A stretch of DNA of 55,959 nt from Promethearchaeota archaeon Loki_b31 (GTDB lineage Archaea > Asgardarchaeota > Lokiarchaeia > Sigyniarchaeales > SOKP01). A model generated the notes under the pieces. It saw nothing but the letters and a program-made list of their open reading frames with translations, was not told where the DNA came from and searched no databases. The DNA is taken from positions 1-55,959 of the forward strand of contig NJBI01000015.1 of assembly GCA_005222975.1 (NCBI GenBank), read 5' to 3'. Position 1 is the stretch's first letter, and the number at the start of each line of letters is the position of its first letter. Shown piece after piece: positions 20,139 to 30,117 of the stretch. The position numbers and the translations under genes were made by a program.

Positions 20139-21350
20139 ATGTGGGTTAACGCTTGGGCATATATGAGGATGGATAAACAACAAAGATGGTGGAATTTTGA
20201 GTGGAACTTTAACGATACGGTTCAAAATCAAATAAATCTACCGGAAAAAGTTATAATTAAAGATGACACTTTAAGGGAGGGAGAAGAAACACCTGGTACT
20301 TATTTTACAATAGACCAGAAAATTGAAATAGCAAAACTTCTAGAAGAATTGGGCATCCCTGAAATTGAGGTGGGTTACGCTGCTGGTATCAAAGAACATG
20401 CTGATGCTTTTAAAGCTCTAAAGAAGGAAGGCATAAAAATGAAACTGTCTTCGCACGCAAGATTGTATGTTGAGGATGTTAAGAAAGAGGTTGACGATAT
20501 TTTGGCAGCAGAAGCAGATCATATAAACTTTTTACTTGTTCCCAGTCCTGTCTTAAAAAATAAAAATGATGTATTTAGTAGAATTACGGAGGGAATAGAA
20601 TATGCCAAATCGCAAGGCGCTTATGTCGCGTTCGGTTCTGGTCGTGTCATTCCAAAGTACTGGGAAAAATTTGTTACCTTGGCTTTAGATGCTGGAGTTG
20701 ATAGGATCGTTGTATATGACGGAAATGGATGCGCAACTCCTTTAGCCTTCAAAGATGTTGTTGAATTTACTAAAAGAATCGTTGGAGATATACCTATTGA
20801 AGTACACACGCATAACGACTTAGGATTAGCCGTTGCTACTACGCTTGCAGGAGTAGAAGGTGGAGCCGAAATAGTAGATGTTGTTTTTAACGGACTAGGC
20901 GATAGAGCGGGTAATGCTGCAACAGAAGAAGTAATAATGGCTCTCGAAATTCTCTATGGAATGGACTTAAATTTGAAACTAGAAAAAATTATGGAGATAT
21001 CTCAACTTATTGAAAAGTACAGTAAAACTCCATTGCAAGCCCATAAAGCAATTGTAGGGAAGAATTGTTTTATACACGAGTCAGATCTACATGTAGAACA
21101 AATATTAATTGGTAATTGGACTACTTGGGAATTATACCAACCGTGGGTTGTTGGACAATCTCGGAAATTAATATTTGGTGCAACAACCTTACAAGATAGA
21201 GCTATAAAAGCAAAATTAAATAAAATGGGATTAAACCCGAATAAAATGGATCTAAATGTTTTATTAGAAAAAATCCAAGAAAAAATAAAATTTCAAGATT
21301 ATATCTCGGAAAAAGAGCTTGAAGAATTAGCGAAAAAAGTAATTAAATAA
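20139..21350 (+). CDS. DRE-TIM metallolyase, homocitrate/isopropylmalate/citramalate synthase family, no regulatory domain
   Basis: DDTLREGEETPG, HTHNDLG, GLGDRAGNA and IVGKNCFIHES motifs. Confidence 0.85.
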   Translation: MWVNAWAYMRMDKQQRWWNFEWNFNDTVQNQINLPEKVIIKDDTLREGEETPGTYFTIDQKIEIAKLLEELGIPEIEVGYAAGIKEHADAFKALKKEGIKMKLSSHARLYVEDVKKEVDDILAAEADHINFLLVPSPVLKNKNDVFSRITEGIEYAKSQGAYVAFGSGRVIPKYWEKFVTLALDAGVDRIVVYDGNGCATPLAFKDVVEFTKRIVGDIPIEVHTHNDLGLAVATTLAGVEGGAEIVDVVFNGLGDRAGNAATEEVIMALEILYGMDLNLKLEKIMEISQLIEKYSKTPLQAHKAIVGKNCFIHESDLHVEQILIGNWTTWELYQPWVVGQSRKLIFGATTLQDRAIKAKLNKMGLNPNKMDLNVLLEKIQEKIKFQDYISEKELEELAKKVIK

Positions 21351-21364
21351 TTTAGGTAAGTATC

Positions 21365-22603
21365 GTGAAAGAGAAAACTAAATGGTTCAATGAAAAGTGG
21401 TGGGTTTCGCCTTTAAATTACGATCCTGAGTTAAATAAGTGTTTTAATTTTCCAAAACAAGTTTATGTTAGGGATTCGACAATTAGAGAAGGGGAAGAGA
21501 CTCCTGGTGTTTATTATACATTGGACGAAAAAATAAAAATTGTTGAGATGTTAGAAGAATTAGGCGTTGAGCACATAGATTGTGGGTACATCGGCCAAGT
21601 TCAAGATCAATGGGAATTAGCTAATCAAATCAAGGAATTAGGAATGAAAATAAAAACATATTCTCATTTGAGCACAAATCCTTCACGATGGACAAATGAA
21701 ATACATAAGTCTTTAGAAGCTAAGTTAGATTATATTGGTTTTGGTATAGTTTTGACTGAATGGCAACTTCAATTATTTACAAGAGATAACAACATAACAC
21801 CCGAAGTCATGATTAGTTTGATTCCTTCCGTGTTAAAAAGAATTAAAAGGTTTGGAGGTGAAGCTATATTAGATTGCGTCGACGCTACTCGTTCAGATTT
21901 CTCAATTTTAAAAAAAGCTATAGAAAAAGGGGTAAAAAACGGCGCAAAAATGATAATGTTATATGATACCGTTGGAGCTTGTAATATTCCTGCCATTTCC
22001 TATATGTTTCAGCAGTTGAAACCTATTGTAAAAGAAATTCCCCTTGGAATTCATGTTCACGACGATTTTGGGTTAGGAACTGCATCTACAATCGCTGCCG
22101 TGGAACAAGGCGCGCAATATATGGATCTAGTAGTTAATAAGCTAGGGGACAGGGCGGGAAACACCTCTTTAGAAGAAGTAATAATATCTTTAGAAATGCT
22201 CTATGGTATAGATACAGGTATTGATCTATCTAAACTATACAACCTAAGCAAACACTTAGAAAAAGTCTCTGGAGTTCCTTTACCTTATAACAAGCCCGTT
22301 GTAGGGAAAAACACGTTTTTACACGAAAGCGAGCTCCATGTTATGGGAGCGTTAGAAAAAGAAAAGTTTTGGATGTGTTTTACTCCCTATAAACCAGAAA
22401 TCGTAGGACAGAAAGAAAAAATAATATTTGGTCCGACTACGCTTCATGGCGACGCTATAAGAATGAAATGTGAACAGCTAGGCTTTAAAAATTATGAAAA
22501 ATTTATTAACGAGATAATGGATACGACCCATACTATTATTACAAAAAAAAAATACATAAATGAAAAAGAGTTAGAAGAATTAATACAGAAAATTATTAGA
22601 TAA
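21365..22603 (+). CDS. Second DRE-TIM metallolyase paralog (LeuA/NifV family)
   Basis: DSTIREGEETPG, DTVG, HVHDDFG, LGDRAGNT and VVGKNTFLHES motifs. Confidence 0.85.
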   Translation: MKEKTKWFNEKWWVSPLNYDPELNKCFNFPKQVYVRDSTIREGEETPGVYYTLDEKIKIVEMLEELGVEHIDCGYIGQVQDQWELANQIKELGMKIKTYSHLSTNPSRWTNEIHKSLEAKLDYIGFGIVLTEWQLQLFTRDNNITPEVMISLIPSVLKRIKRFGGEAILDCVDATRSDFSILKKAIEKGVKNGAKMIMLYDTVGACNIPAISYMFQQLKPIVKEIPLGIHVHDDFGLGTASTIAAVEQGAQYMDLVVNKLGDRAGNTSLEEVIISLEMLYGIDTGIDLSKLYNLSKHLEKVSGVPLPYNKPVVGKNTFLHESELHVMGALEKEKFWMCFTPYKPEIVGQKEKIIFGPTTLHGDAIRMKCEQLGFKNYEKFINEIMDTTHTIITKKKYINEKELEELIQKIIR

Positions 22604-22657
22604 TTTTCCTTTTCATAGTGATCAAAAAAGCTGTAAATTTAATTCCTATATTAGAGC

Positions 22658-23977
22658 GTGCTAATCATTAATCAGCAGACATTAAATGATTTAGTGAAAT
22701 TATTATCCAAATTTGTTGAGAGAAAACCTGGTACTCTTTCTGGGAGTTACCGTAGCAACCCTCAGATTGTTCATTATTATTACGAAATTATTCGATATTG
22801 GAATAAAATAAATTATATTTTAAAGCGAATGCTTAATTCTACAAATAAACATCTCGTTTCTGGGAGTTCTGATATTGCTAAGTATTTAATTGCTATCTAT
22901 CGAATTGTATGGGAAAAGGAAAATACTTTAAAAACTGTAAAAGAACTCAATCTAACCAAACAACAATCGAAACTTCTTAATAATATTGAATTCTTTTCGT
23001 GGAAGCAAGCCTTAAAAGGAAAAAACGAGGTCGAAAGATTAAGTTTAGAACTCGCAATTCCGTCTTTTTTAATTAATAAGTTATTACCTATAATAGGCGT
23101 TAAATCTATAAAAGAAAATTTCGAACCTTTGAAAAATGTGGAAGGTAGTGAGACATTCACATTTAGAACTAACGATTTATGGAATGAGAAATCGAATCAT
23201 AATTCAATAGATCTTATTTTGAAAGATTTAGAAGAACGCCATATTAGTTTTAAACAAGATATCCATTTTCAAAGATTGTTCCATACTAGTTTAAAAGATA
23301 AAAAGAATATCATATTAAGTAAATCGTATAAAGATGGTAAACTAGTTATCCAAGACAAGGCATCTTTTACGGTCGTTAATTTATTACATCCTCATCCTAA
23401 CGAGCTGATATGTGATATGTGCGCGGCTCCTGGGATCAAAACAAGTATTATTGCCCAATTATCTCAAAATCAAGCAAGGATTATAGCTAGCGATTTTAGC
23501 ACATCCAGGTTGAATGTTATGAGACAAATTTCAAGAAATCTAAATGTATTAAATTCTCATTTGATAAATTCAGACAGTATTAAATTACCTGTTAGATTTA
23601 CTAACTTTTTCGATAAAGTTTTGTTAGACGCACCTTGCACTGGAAGCGGGACGTTTTCTACGAACCCCGAGCTTAAATGGCGGCAGAATGAAAGATTTCT
23701 ACATCAAAATGTTGTGCTCCAAGAGAAATTGCTTAAAAGCTCTATCTCTCTCTTAAAACATTCCGGCATTCTCGTTTATTCTACATGTAGTCTTTATCCT
23801 GAGGAAGGCGAATTGCAAATTTTAAAAATATTAGACGAAGTTAAACCCATCAAACTTCCAAATTGGTTTTCTCCTAGCTATGAAATTAAAAACCGACAAA
23901 TTCCTGGTACAGGAAGATTATTTCCCGCAATACATCAAACTAAAGGCTTTTTTATAGGAAAATTCAAAAAAAAGTGA
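22658..23977 (+). CDS. RsmB/NOP2/Sun-family RNA m5C methyltransferase
   Basis: IQDKAS, DMCAAPGIKT, DKVLLDAPCTGSG, LVYSTCSL.PEEGE and GFFI motifs. Confidence 0.92.
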   Translation: MLIINQQTLNDLVKLLSKFVERKPGTLSGSYRSNPQIVHYYYEIIRYWNKINYILKRMLNSTNKHLVSGSSDIAKYLIAIYRIVWEKENTLKTVKELNLTKQQSKLLNNIEFFSWKQALKGKNEVERLSLELAIPSFLINKLLPIIGVKSIKENFEPLKNVEGSETFTFRTNDLWNEKSNHNSIDLILKDLEERHISFKQDIHFQRLFHTSLKDKKNIILSKSYKDGKLVIQDKASFTVVNLLHPHPNELICDMCAAPGIKTSIIAQLSQNQARIIASDFSTSRLNVMRQISRNLNVLNSHLINSDSIKLPVRFTNFFDKVLLDAPCTGSGTFSTNPELKWRQNERFLHQNVVLQEKLLKSSISLLKHSGILVYSTCSLYPEEGELQILKILDEVKPIKLPNWFSPSYEIKNRQIPGTGRLFPAIHQTKGFFIGKFKKK

Positions 23978-24020
23978 TTATAATAATACTTAAGCAACTT
24001 TTTTTAAAGGTGGATTTAAG

Positions 24021-24830
24021 ACGACTAGGTCAAAATTTTGGACTGTAGGGCAAATTGACGCTACGGGAGTAAAAGGACCCCATGAAAAGGAATTTGAAGA
24101 TATAAGCAACGCAAATTATTCACTTTTCACGGATATTGATAAAATTAAGCTCAAGAATATAATAACAGAGGATATTGGAGGAAAAATAGAAAATATCGGA
24201 TTTGACGAAGATTGGACGATTACTTTAGAAATGTTTCCCGAAGTAATTATTCATTTAACTTATTCTTATTTTGGAGATGAATTTGGGAATGGTATTACGG
24301 CCGAATTTAAATGTTTTTTTTCGGGAGAGCGAGTAACCTTAGTACCCGGTGAAGACAGCATAACTTATGTTGATATTATTTTCAATTTTTTGGAAGGGAT
24401 GATAAAAAATAAAGAACCCTTTGAAAAGTCTTACGATAAAAAAACTGAACTAATGCAAAAGGTATTAATCCAAAGAAAAGAGCCCTTCAATTTATTAAAA
24501 GACGAGGATCAGAAAGATTTAGCGTCTTTTTTAGGGGCAGAAGTTTGGAAAACGGGTAACGAATGGCGAATCAAAAAAGAAGTTTTTCCAGATATTTTTA
24601 TAGAATTAGTTTATGATAATCAAGAGGGGTTAGATATTTCCTATTCTGGTAAGGCTCTTCTTAAAAAAATCGGAAGTTATCACATGGAATTAGTAGGAAT
24701 TTTCTTAATTAATCATGTGCTACGTTATATTACACTAAATAATCTCGAAAAGCAGTTACCTGATATATGTTATATAATGTTTTCAAGATTTTTTACTAAA
24801 CAAAAAAATTGGACTCATAGAAGAACTTAA
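24021..24830 (+). CDS. Hypothetical protein with two internal repeats (weakly DUF3786-like); probable ACG start
   Basis: Frame of ORF 24231..24830 is open back to 23994; SD AAGGTGGA lies 6 nt before the ACG at 24021; repeats WTITLEMFPEVIIHLTY and WRIKKEVFPDIFIELVY. Confidence 0.6.
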   Translation, partial: TTRSKFWTVGQIDATGVKGPHEKEFEDISNANYSLFTDIDKIKLKNIITEDIGGKIENIGFDEDWTITLEMFPEVIIHLTYSYFGDEFGNGITAEFKCFFSGERVTLVPGEDSITYVDIIFNFLEGMIKNKEPFEKSYDKKTELMQKVLIQRKEPFNLLKDEDQKDLASFLGAEVWKTGNEWRIKKEVFPDIFIELVYDNQEGLDISYSGKALLKKIGSYHMELVGIFLINHVLRYITLNNLEKQLPDICYIMFSRFFTKQKNWTHRRT

Positions 24831-24846
24831 GAATTTAAAAAAAATA

Positions 24847-25401
24847 TTAGATAGTTGTCCATAATATAGTTCTACCTTGCTTACGAGCACGTTTTATTTT
24901 TTTAGAGCTTTCTAAACCAGACATTACTTTCCAGATTTGTGAATTGCTTAACTTGAAATACTTTCTTAGTTCTGGGGTTGACATTTCTGTACCGTTTAAT
25001 AAATTTACAATTAACCTCTTAATTTCTTCAATTGTATCCTCGCTAGATTCAACCGGTGTATCATTTTCATCTTCCATAAGATCCATTTCATGGACAATTC
25101 TTGAAGCAACTTTATTAAGTTGTTTAATGTTGTTATCAATACCACGAGGTTTCATGAACAAACAGCATAATTCTAAATCTTTTGGAAACGCAACAATGTA
25201 AAAATTATCGTATAAAATAGCTCGTGGTTTTTTACCTGCATTACCTCCTCGAAATGCTAGATAAAAATTCATAGCGAAATCTTCAAGGTTCATTAAATTG
25301 GTAGGTGCTCCATATTCTTTTTTCCACTTGAGAAAAGGACCGTCTATCATATCAAAACCTATTAAAGCCGCACCAAAAAGCTCTTTTTCGTTAAAGTTCA
25401 A
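24847..25401 (-). CDS. Longin-like N-terminal domain fused to an ArsR-like winged helix-turn-helix
   Basis: LFGAALIGFDMIDGPFLKW hairpin motif, acidic linker, then IVNLL..TEMSTPEL...FKLSNSQIWKVMSGLE....I...KQGR wHTH; TTG start overlaps the GTPase stop. Confidence 0.6.
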   Translation of the reverse strand: MNFNEKELFGAALIGFDMIDGPFLKWKKEYGAPTNLMNLEDFAMNFYLAFRGGNAGKKPRAILYDNFYIVAFPKDLELCCLFMKPRGIDNNIKQLNKVASRIVHEMDLMEDENDTPVESSEDTIEEIKRLIVNLLNGTEMSTPELRKYFKLSNSQIWKVMSGLESSKKIKRARKQGRTILWTTI

Positions 25402-25927
25402 TTTCTTTTAATCTCCTCCTTATTGCAATTTGTTTCAATTCTTTTCTAATAATATCCATTAATTTAATTCTATTATTGGGATTAATAGCCGTAAATCCAT
25501 ACGTCTTAACTCGAAGAATATCTTCTACGCGATTCGGACTCATGCGACCATCGCTCTTTTGCAAATCTTGTTTGTTTGCTATTGCTATAATTGGGCATTC
25601 TTTACCGACAAAATGCGCAGCGTAATTAATTAATTCTCGTGAATTTAAAACATTACGCGGAGTCGAATCAGTTATGATAAAGATTACATCTGAACCTAAA
25701 AGATAATCTTTTGAATAAGCCTTAAAGTACGACCTTTGCCCCCCCATATCCCATATACGAAGATAATAATCGTCTAATTTGACCGTTTTTAAATCGAACC
25801 CATGGGTTGGCAAATATAATCGATCGATCGAATCCTTAGAGAGAAGCTTTAACATAGTTGTTTTGCCGACTGCAGGCGATCCTATGAAGGTAACCTTCAT
25901 CAAACTTTTTATTTCTGAACTCAACAT
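25391..25927 (-). CDS. Small Ras-superfamily GTPase, Arf/Arl-like
   Basis: G1 GSPAVGKT, G2 PTHGF, G3 WDMGGQ, G4 NKQD, G5 FTA. Confidence 0.92.
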   Translation of the reverse strand: MLSSEIKSLMKVTFIGSPAVGKTTMLKLLSKDSIDRLYLPTHGFDLKTVKLDDYYLRIWDMGGQRSYFKAYSKDYLLGSDVIFIITDSTPRNVLNSRELINYAAHFVGKECPIIAIANKQDLQKSDGRMSPNRVEDILRVKTYGFTAINPNNRIKLMDIIRKELKQIAIRRRLKEIEL

Positions 25928-26060
25928 TTCTTAAATCATTAAGAAAAGAATATATTTAATAAAAAAAAGAGCAAATAAATTACATATATCTATATAATAT
26001 CGACATATTATGATTTTAACATAAAAGAATCAGAAGTGTTAAAAATCCAAAAATTTAGAG

Positions 26061-27974
26061 CTAAAAAATTACTCCAAAATTAATATCATAAAAGAATAAG
26101 AGGAGGATTATTGAAAAGAGAGTTGGAATAATTAAACTGTATGTGAATAATCCTTGAGACACTTTTATGCTTTTCATTAAAGTATCCATAATCGTTTCAA
26201 AATATCTAGGATTACCCCAAATCTTGATCCCCTCAACTACAGAATCGTAATAAAAAAACTCGACTTCTTCTAAATCTTTTTCAGCTTTATTGATTAAGGA
26301 ATCAAGTTTTTCTAAAATCTTTTCTAATTTAATTTTATCCCCGATTGGTGAATAACCTCTTCGAGTAAATTGTCTAGCAACTGTATGGGAATCCGAAGTT
26401 GTTATTTCCCCTCTCTCTATCCCTCTATTTTGTAGCATATTTAAAATATAAGAACGAATATCAACATAGGCATTGTTCGCGTCAAAGTGGATAAATACTG
26501 TTTTTTGATCAGTGGTTGTCTCTTTAAAAAGGTGGACTACTAACCCACCTGTTCCAATTCCATCCTTTTCAGAAAATTCGGCCATCAAATCTTTTGCGAC
26601 ACCATATTGTACAATTAATTTGTTATTATTCTCTTTTTTATTATTTTTATTAGAGGTTAAAAATTTCTCTGTTACTGAAATAAGATCTTTCGCCTCTAAA
26701 GATTGATTTTCTATTAAAACTTCGTCGCCAATTATTGAATTATGCGAATCAATTATAATTATCTCGCGATAACCTTTTGATTTTGCTACTTTTCTAATTT
26801 CATCACCTATTTGAGCTTGCATATCATCAGAAGGTAGAGGATGTCTCGTTAAAAAAACAATAGCTATATCGTCTATATCAATGCCGATTAATTTAGCAGA
26901 ATTCGACATTTTTCTCGAGACATTTTTTATTTCATCAATCCATTCGTTTTGAGAGTTCTCTTCAATATATTTTACATCTCTTTTTATTTGCCTTAAAACT
27001 TTTTCGAGTTCACTTTGAGATGTTAAATTTTGCGTGTGGTCGTTGGTTGTATGATAAACGGTTGTTCCTGGAACGTGTTTGAAAGTTTCGTAAATGAAAG
27101 CAGGTAAATCAGAAGAACCGCACGTTTTAAACGGCCCAAAATGAATATGGGGGATAACAAATAATCCCTTTAACTTTTTAGATTTTTTACCCCGAATTGC
27201 TAAATATTGAATCTTCACATCAGAAAGAATACCAATTTTATCGAAAAAACCTTCTAACATATCATCGTTGCCTTCTGTCATCATAGAAAGCACGAAAGCT
27301 CTAATAAATGGGTAACCGCCTATGCCTGTCGCTTGTCTATATACATTACTCACTTGAGACATATTCCATGCGTAGGGAATTGCGAAGAAAATTGCACATA
27401 CTGTAAAAAACAAGATAGCTCTAATGAAAAATAATAGTGGGATTTGAGATGCGAAAACACTAAAAAAAGTAATTCCTAATATGGGTTGAATAAACGCTAG
27501 AATAAAATTTCCATATTTTCCAACGGTCGTAAATGAATAGTGTAAGACATAAGAAATAATATAAGCTAGAATTGTCCCAAGTATAAAAAATACTTCTTGA
27601 AATGTTACATTCCTAAGAAAAATTGTAATTATTTGACCAATTATTAAAGAAAGTCCAATCATACCCGTTATAAAAGCATTCATTTGAATCCCCCATCCTT
27701 TCGGAGGCGACGCTAAAATAGGGGCTCGCTTTGAATAATAGAAAATTGATAATACAATCCCTGCTCCCATTGTTAAATAAAACGTGATTAATACATTAGA
27801 AAGATAAAAGATATTCCAAATGTTTGTATAAAGCGAATTTAAAATAAATGATAGTAATCCAATTATGACAGGTAAACTAAAAAATATTATGTACGCTGAT
27901 TTTTTGGTTGAAAAGTAATCTAAGTATGAAATTATTCCCGGGATATTGCGAGTTGGTTGTTGTTGTGCGAACAT
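26061..27974 (-). CDS. DUF2070-family archaeal membrane protein
   Basis: N-terminal TM bundle then P.IHFGPF...GSSDLP, DSHN, DANN and TSDSH motifs; C-terminal TM. Confidence 0.85.
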   Translation of the reverse strand: MFAQQQPTRNIPGIISYLDYFSTKKSAYIIFFSLPVIIGLLSFILNSLYTNIWNIFYLSNVLITFYLTMGAGIVLSIFYYSKRAPILASPPKGWGIQMNAFITGMIGLSLIIGQIITIFLRNVTFQEVFFILGTILAYIISYVLHYSFTTVGKYGNFILAFIQPILGITFFSVFASQIPLLFFIRAILFFTVCAIFFAIPYAWNMSQVSNVYRQATGIGGYPFIRAFVLSMMTEGNDDMLEGFFDKIGILSDVKIQYLAIRGKKSKKLKGLFVIPHIHFGPFKTCGSSDLPAFIYETFKHVPGTTVYHTTNDHTQNLTSQSELEKVLRQIKRDVKYIEENSQNEWIDEIKNVSRKMSNSAKLIGIDIDDIAIVFLTRHPLPSDDMQAQIGDEIRKVAKSKGYREIIIIDSHNSIIGDEVLIENQSLEAKDLISVTEKFLTSNKNNKKENNNKLIVQYGVAKDLMAEFSEKDGIGTGGLVVHLFKETTTDQKTVFIHFDANNAYVDIRSYILNMLQNRGIERGEITTSDSHTVARQFTRRGYSPIGDKIKLEKILEKLDSLINKAEKDLEEVEFFYYDSVVEGIKIWGNPRYFETIMDTLMKSIKVSQGLFTYSLIIPTLFSIILLLFFYDINFGVIF

Positions 27975-28101
27975 AACCTGTTTTAAAAAATATTTATTTT
28001 TTTATTAAATTTTTTACTATTCCTACTTGTAATTAAATTAATTATCCTTATAATTAACTTTTTTTAAGAAATTATAAATAATTACAAATATAATAAAAAT
28101 T

Positions 28102-29154
28102 ATGTCGGAAGCTTATCCAAGGATGGAAAGATATTCAAATAAACGGTTTAGCGAAGTAATATCTGAAGGATTTAGATTTTTTGGTAAAAATTACTTGACT
28201 TTAATTGTACCACTTGGTTTGTTTCTGCTAATTTCGATAATAATAAAGAATTTATTAGTAGCCGATATGGTTTGGCAATCACTACAAATGACACCCGCCA
28301 TTGATTTTATTCTTGTTAAAGATCCTTCTGCTCTAACAGACGAGGATCTTAATCTTATGATGGAATATTTAGCTCTTAGTTTATTTAGCGGGTTCATTAA
28401 CAGTTTAGTAATAACTATTTTTAACGTACTAGCTATGTGCTTGGTTAGTAATTACCTCTATAACAAATTTATTGGGAACGAGACAAAGTTTTTCTCCGAA
28501 TTCAAAAAAGCAATAAATGGAAAATTAATATTCGTAATTCTTTTATTAGGAGTTGGAATTTCTATAGGAGCTTTTCTTCTCTATATTCCGAGTATTATCA
28601 TATTTGGGTATTATACTTTTTATGTTTTCACATATAATTCTGATAATTCTGAAGATTCCAATGAGCCAATAAGAGATGCGCGAGAAATAGCAAGAAAGTC
28701 TTTTTGGAAAATAATTGGAGTTTTTGTAGTTAGTAATCTAATAATATCGATCATTGATATCGTTTTTCAATTTATCATTGGCGATTTCTTAATTCAATTC
28801 TACCAAACTTCTTGGTACAATCCTTCCACAAGAAACTTTGGTATGATAATTTTATACGATTTAATATATTATATCGTTGATTTGATTTTTGCTCCGTTGT
28901 TTATATGTTTATTGACTTCTCTGTATGTTTCTTTAAAGACTAGAAGAGAAATATCTGTACAATACCAAACTTCTTATGATCAAACCCCTCAGAGTTATGG
29001 AACGCCATATCACGATGAATCAAGGTCAATTAAGAGTATGAATGCAGTTGATAAACCAAGATCTGGTTTATATTGCCCCTTTTGTGGGCAATTTGTGAAA
29101 AATAAGACTCAATATTGCCCCCATTGTGGAGAACAGTTTAATTTCGAGATTTAA
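28102..29154 (+). CDS. Multi-pass membrane protein with C-terminal zinc ribbon
   Basis: About 6 TM helices, low-complexity linker, then YCPFCG....YCPHCG. Confidence 0.8.
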   Translation: MSEAYPRMERYSNKRFSEVISEGFRFFGKNYLTLIVPLGLFLLISIIIKNLLVADMVWQSLQMTPAIDFILVKDPSALTDEDLNLMMEYLALSLFSGFINSLVITIFNVLAMCLVSNYLYNKFIGNETKFFSEFKKAINGKLIFVILLLGVGISIGAFLLYIPSIIIFGYYTFYVFTYNSDNSEDSNEPIRDAREIARKSFWKIIGVFVVSNLIISIIDIVFQFIIGDFLIQFYQTSWYNPSTRNFGMIILYDLIYYIVDLIFAPLFICLLTSLYVSLKTRREISVQYQTSYDQTPQSYGTPYHDESRSIKSMNAVDKPRSGLYCPFCGQFVKNKTQYCPHCGEQFNFEI

Positions 29155-29165
29155 GATAATTAGTA

Positions 29166-29966
29166 GTGATTTTTATGAATTTTAACATTATTCGTAAATT
29201 TGAATTAAATACGGACGATCTTAATAACCCTATCGTATTAATAGGTTGGCCTGGGATCGCATTAGTGGCAAAGTTAGCGATTACATCTATAAAGGATTCC
29301 ATTGGTGCCGAAGAATTTTTAGACATAGAATATTTTGATTTTCCGCCCAAATCTAATGTTGAAAAAGGGAAATTGGAAATCCCAAGTGCAAAAGTTTATT
29401 ATAAATCAAGAAAACAAGAAAAAGAACAAGATTTCTTTATATTAACGGCTAATTATCAACCTCAAACCTCAGAAGGAGTATTTGATTTTTCTCAAAAGTT
29501 TTGCGAAGAGATGGATAAATTAACAGATAGTAAAATTAAAATGTATATCAGCACTGGTGCTATGGTCATTGATAGAGTGATAGGCACATCGCTTGTGCAT
29601 GTTTGTGGAACGGATCAAGAAGTTGTTGATTCTTTTTTGAAATACGAAAATACTAAACTAATGGAAGGTGGTGTTATTGCTGGAGCAAATGGGATCTTAC
29701 CTGCTTGGGCGGGAAACAAGGGTTATGCCCCTGGGGTGTGTTTGTTAGCAGAAACATTACCTTTGCCTATGATGGCACTGGATCCTCGCGCATCTAAAGC
29801 TTTAGTCGCAATTTTAAAAGATTATTTCAACATCAATATGAATTTCGATGAATTAAACAAACAAATTGAAGAAATGGAACATGTGATTGATTCGTATAAA
29901 AAGCAAGCAGAGCACTTTATGAAGGGGACTCGAGACGATCGTGGTCCTGATTCTTATTTTCGATAA
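29166..29966 (+). CDS. PAC2-family proteasome assembly chaperone
   Basis: NPIVLIGWPGIALVAKLA, FPP, QP, GVIAGANG, CLLAET and DPRAS motifs. Confidence 0.85.
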   Translation: MIFMNFNIIRKFELNTDDLNNPIVLIGWPGIALVAKLAITSIKDSIGAEEFLDIEYFDFPPKSNVEKGKLEIPSAKVYYKSRKQEKEQDFFILTANYQPQTSEGVFDFSQKFCEEMDKLTDSKIKMYISTGAMVIDRVIGTSLVHVCGTDQEVVDSFLKYENTKLMEGGVIAGANGILPAWAGNKGYAPGVCLLAETLPLPMMALDPRASKALVAILKDYFNINMNFDELNKQIEEMEHVIDSYKKQAEHFMKGTRDDRGPDSYFR

Positions 29967-30117
29967 ATCTATCTCTTTAAAATTACTTCCTTTTTGATGT
30001 TACTTTAAAGGAGTGAATAGTGCTTAGGACCTACTACAAAAGTTAATAATTTATATTGTTATCAATTTTATTAACTAATGAAAATATTAAATCTAACTAA
30101 ATTAATGTGAAATAAAT

